Source: Eledone cirrhosa
Lineage: Eukaryota
Assembly (NCBI GenBank): GCA_964016885.1
Contig: OZ024740.1
Coordinates: 401,140,001 to 401,204,000 of the forward strand
Length of the DNA stretch: 64,000 bases
Reading direction: 5' to 3'
Each line of letters starts with the position of its first letter. The stretch's first letter is position 1. The position numbers and the translations under genes are program-made. Below the pieces are notes generated by a model. That model had not been told where the DNA came from. It did no database searches and saw nothing but the letters and a program-made list of their open reading frames with translations. Of this stretch, positions 60,501 to 64,000 are shown one piece after another.

Positions 60501-63500
60501 ATGTAGAATCAGTAAGTATAGAACACTATGTAGAATCAGTACAGTATAGAACAATATGCAGAATCAGTACAACATAGAACACTATGTAGAATCAGTACAG
60601 TATAGAACACTATGTAGAATCAGTACACTATAAAACACTATGTAAAATCAGTACAACATAGAACACTATGTAGAATCAGTACAACATAGAACACTATGTA
60701 GAATCAGTACAACATAGAACACCATGTAGAATCAATTCAACATAGAACATTACGTAGAATCAGTACAACATAGAACACTATGTAGAATCAGTACAACATA
60801 GAACACTGTGTAGAATCAGTACAATATAGAACACTGTGTATAATCAGTACATTATAGAACATTATGTAGAATCAGTACAACATAGAACACTATGTAGAAT
60901 ATGTACCACGTAGAACACTATGTAGTATCAATTCAACATAGAACACTATGTAGAATAGGTACAGTATAGAACACTATGTAGAATCAGTAAGTATAGAGCA
61001 CTATGTAGAATCAGTACAGTATAGAACACTATGTAGAATCAGTACAATATAGAACACTATGTAGAATTAGTAAGTATAGAACACTATGTAGAATCAGTAC
61101 AGTATAGAACACTATGCAGAATCAGTACAACAATGAACACTATGTAGAATCAGTACAGTATAGAACACTATGTAGAATCAGTACACTATAAAACACTATG
61201 TAAAATCAGTACAATATAGAACACTATGTAGAATCAGTACAACATAGAACACTATGTAGAATCAGTACAACATAGAACACCATGTAGAATCAATTCAACA
61301 TAGAACATTACGTAGAATCAGTACAACATAGAACACTATGTAGAATCAGTACAACATAGAACACTATGTAGAATCAGTACATCATAGAACACTATGTAGA
61401 ATCAGTACAGTATAGAACATTATGTAGAATCAGTACAATATAGAACACTATGTAGAATCAGTAAGTATAGAACACTATGTAGAATCAGTACAATATAGAA
61501 CACTATTTAGAATCAGTACAGTATAGAACACTATGTAGAATCAGTACAGTATAGAACACTATATAGAATCAGTACAATATAGAACACTATATAGAATCAG
61601 TAAGTATAGAACACTATGTAGAATCAGTACACTATAGAACACTATGTAGAATCAGTACAGTATAGAACACTATGTAGAATCAGTACAGTATAGAACACTA
61701 TTTAGAATCAGTACAGTATAGAACACTATGTAGAATCAGTACAGTTTAGAACATTATATAGAATCAGTACAATATAGAACACTATATAGAATCAGTAAGT
61801 ATAGAACACTATGTAGAATCAGTACACTATAGAACACTATGTAGAATCAGTACAGTATAGAACACTATGTAGAATCAGTATAGTATAGAACACTATGTAG
61901 AATCAGTACAGTATAGAACACTATGTAGAATCAGTACAACATAGAACACTATGTAGAATCAGAACACTATAGAACACTATGTAGAATCAGTACAGTATAG
62001 AACACTATGTAGGATCAGAACACTATAGAACACTATGTTTAAATCAGTACAACATAGAACACTATGCAGAATCAGTACAACATAGAACACCATGTAGAAT
62101 CAATTCAACATAGAACATTACGTAGAATCAGTACAACATAGAACACTATGTAGAATCAGTACAGTATAGAACACTATGTAGAATCAGAACAGTATAGAAC
62201 ACTATGTAGAACCAGTACGACATAGAACACTATGTAGAATCAGTACAGTATAGAACACTATGTATAATCAGTACAGTATAGAACACTATGTAGAATCAGT
62301 ACAACATAGAACACCATGTAGAATCAATTCAACATAGAACATTACGTAGAATCAGTACAACATAGAACACTATGTAGAATCAGTACAGTATAGAACACTA
62401 TGTAGAATCAGTAAGTATAGAGCACTATGTAGAATCAGTACAGTATAGAACACTATGTACAATCAGTACAATATAGAACACTATGTAGAATCAGTAAGTA
62501 TAGAACACTATGTAGAATCAGTACAGTATAGAACACTATGTAGAATCAGTACACTATAGAACACTATGTAGAATTAGTAAGTATAGAACACTATGTAGAA
62601 TCAGTACAGTATAGAACACTATGTAGAATCAGTACAATATAGAACACTATGTAGAATCAGTAAGTATAGAACACTATGTAGAATCAGTACAGTATAGAAC
62701 ACTATGCAGAATCAGTACAACATAGAACACTAAGTAGAATCAGTACAGTATAGAACACTATGTAGAATCAGTACACTATAGAACACTATGTAAAATCAGT
62801 ACAACATAGAACACTATGTAGAATCAGTACAGCATAGAACACTATGTAGAATCAGTACAACATAGAACATTACGTAGAATCAGTACAACATAGAACACTA
62901 TGTAGAATCAGTACAACATAGAACACTATGTAGAATCAGTACATCATAGAACACTATGTAGAATCAGTACAGTATAGAACACTATGTAGAATCAGTACAA
63001 TATAGAACACTATGTAGAATCAGTAAGTATAGAACACTATGTAGAATCAGTACAGTATAGAACACTATTTAGAATCAGTACAGTATAGAACACTATGTAG
63101 AATCAGTACAGTATAGAACACTATATAGAATCAGTACAATATAGAACACTATATAGAATCAGTAAGTATAGAACACTATGTAGAATCAGTACACTATAGA
63201 ACACTATGTAGAATCAGTACAGTATAGAACACTATGTAGAATCAGTACAGTATAGAACACTATGTAGAATCAGTACAGTATAGAACACTATGCAGAATCA
63301 GTACAGTATAGAACACTATGTAGAATCAGTACAATATAGAACACTATGTAGAATCAGTAAGTATAGAACACTATGTAGAATCAGTACAATATAGAACACT
63401 ATTTAGAATCAGTACAGTATAGAACACTATGTAGAATCAGTACAGTATAGAACACTATATAGAATCAGTACAATATAGAACACTATATAGAATCAGTAAG

Positions 63501-64000
63501 TATAGAACACTATGTAGAATCAGTACACTATAGAACACTATGTAGAATCAGTACAGTATAGAACACTATGTAGAATCAGTACAGTATAGAACACTATTTA
63601 GAATCAGTACAGTATAGAACACTATGAAGAAACAGTACAGTTTAGAACATTATATAGAATCAGTACAATATAGAACACTATATAGAATCAGTAAGTATAG
63701 AACACTATGTAGAATCAGAACACTATAGAACACTATGTAGAATCAGTACAGTATAGAACACTATGTAGAATCAGTACAGTATAGAACACTATGTAGAATC
63801 AGTACAGTATAGAACACTATGTAGAATCAGTACAACATAGAACACTATGTAGAATCAGAACACTATAGAACACTATGTAGAATCAGTACAGTATAGAACA
63901 CTATGTAGGATCAGAACACTATAGAACACTATGTATAAATCAGTACAACATAGAACACTATGTAGAATCAGTACAGTATAGAACACTATGTAGAACCAGT
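30595..64000. repeat. 28-bp satellite array, consensus TAGAATCAGTACA(GT/AC)ATAGAACACTATG, about 1,190 units, running off the window
   Basis: The 28-bp period is seen directly (for example units at 30781 and 30809). There are occasional 27- and 29-bp units and no unique spacers or interrupting elements were seen. Confidence 0.99.

Noticed and set aside
30595-64000. CRISPR array or repetitive protein-coding region
   Set aside because: The units are head-to-tail with no unique spacers and no cas genes. Each unit carries TAG twice and the 28-bp period cycles through all frames; the ORF track shows nothing here.

Overview
Eukaryotic, AT-rich, mostly non-coding DNA. The dense (TA)n/(CA)n microsatellites and the SINE families resemble an octopus-type cephalopod genome; this is inference, not verified. 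Positions 1-30.6 kb are a mosaic of mobile elements: a Helitron helicase/3'-end remnant, a near-complete Penelope-like element (PLE; RT plus C-terminal GIY-YIG, resembling the Hydra clade) with two tiny derivatives that keep both of its termini, several (TA)n-embedded short or foldback elements carrying type-I hammerhead ribozyme (HHR) motifs including non-canonical cores, about a dozen tRNA-derived SINEs, and decayed L1/Tx1-type and Tc1/mariner-type remnants. From 30595 to the window end (more than 33 kb, about 1,190 units) lies a 28-bp satellite. It starts exactly inside a SINE 5' end, its monomer aligns without gaps to the SINE A-box region, and it contains a 4,059-bp internal duplication. 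No host gene could be identified; only weak candidate exons are present. Most listed ORFs are microsatellite artefacts. All alignments and folds were done by eye.
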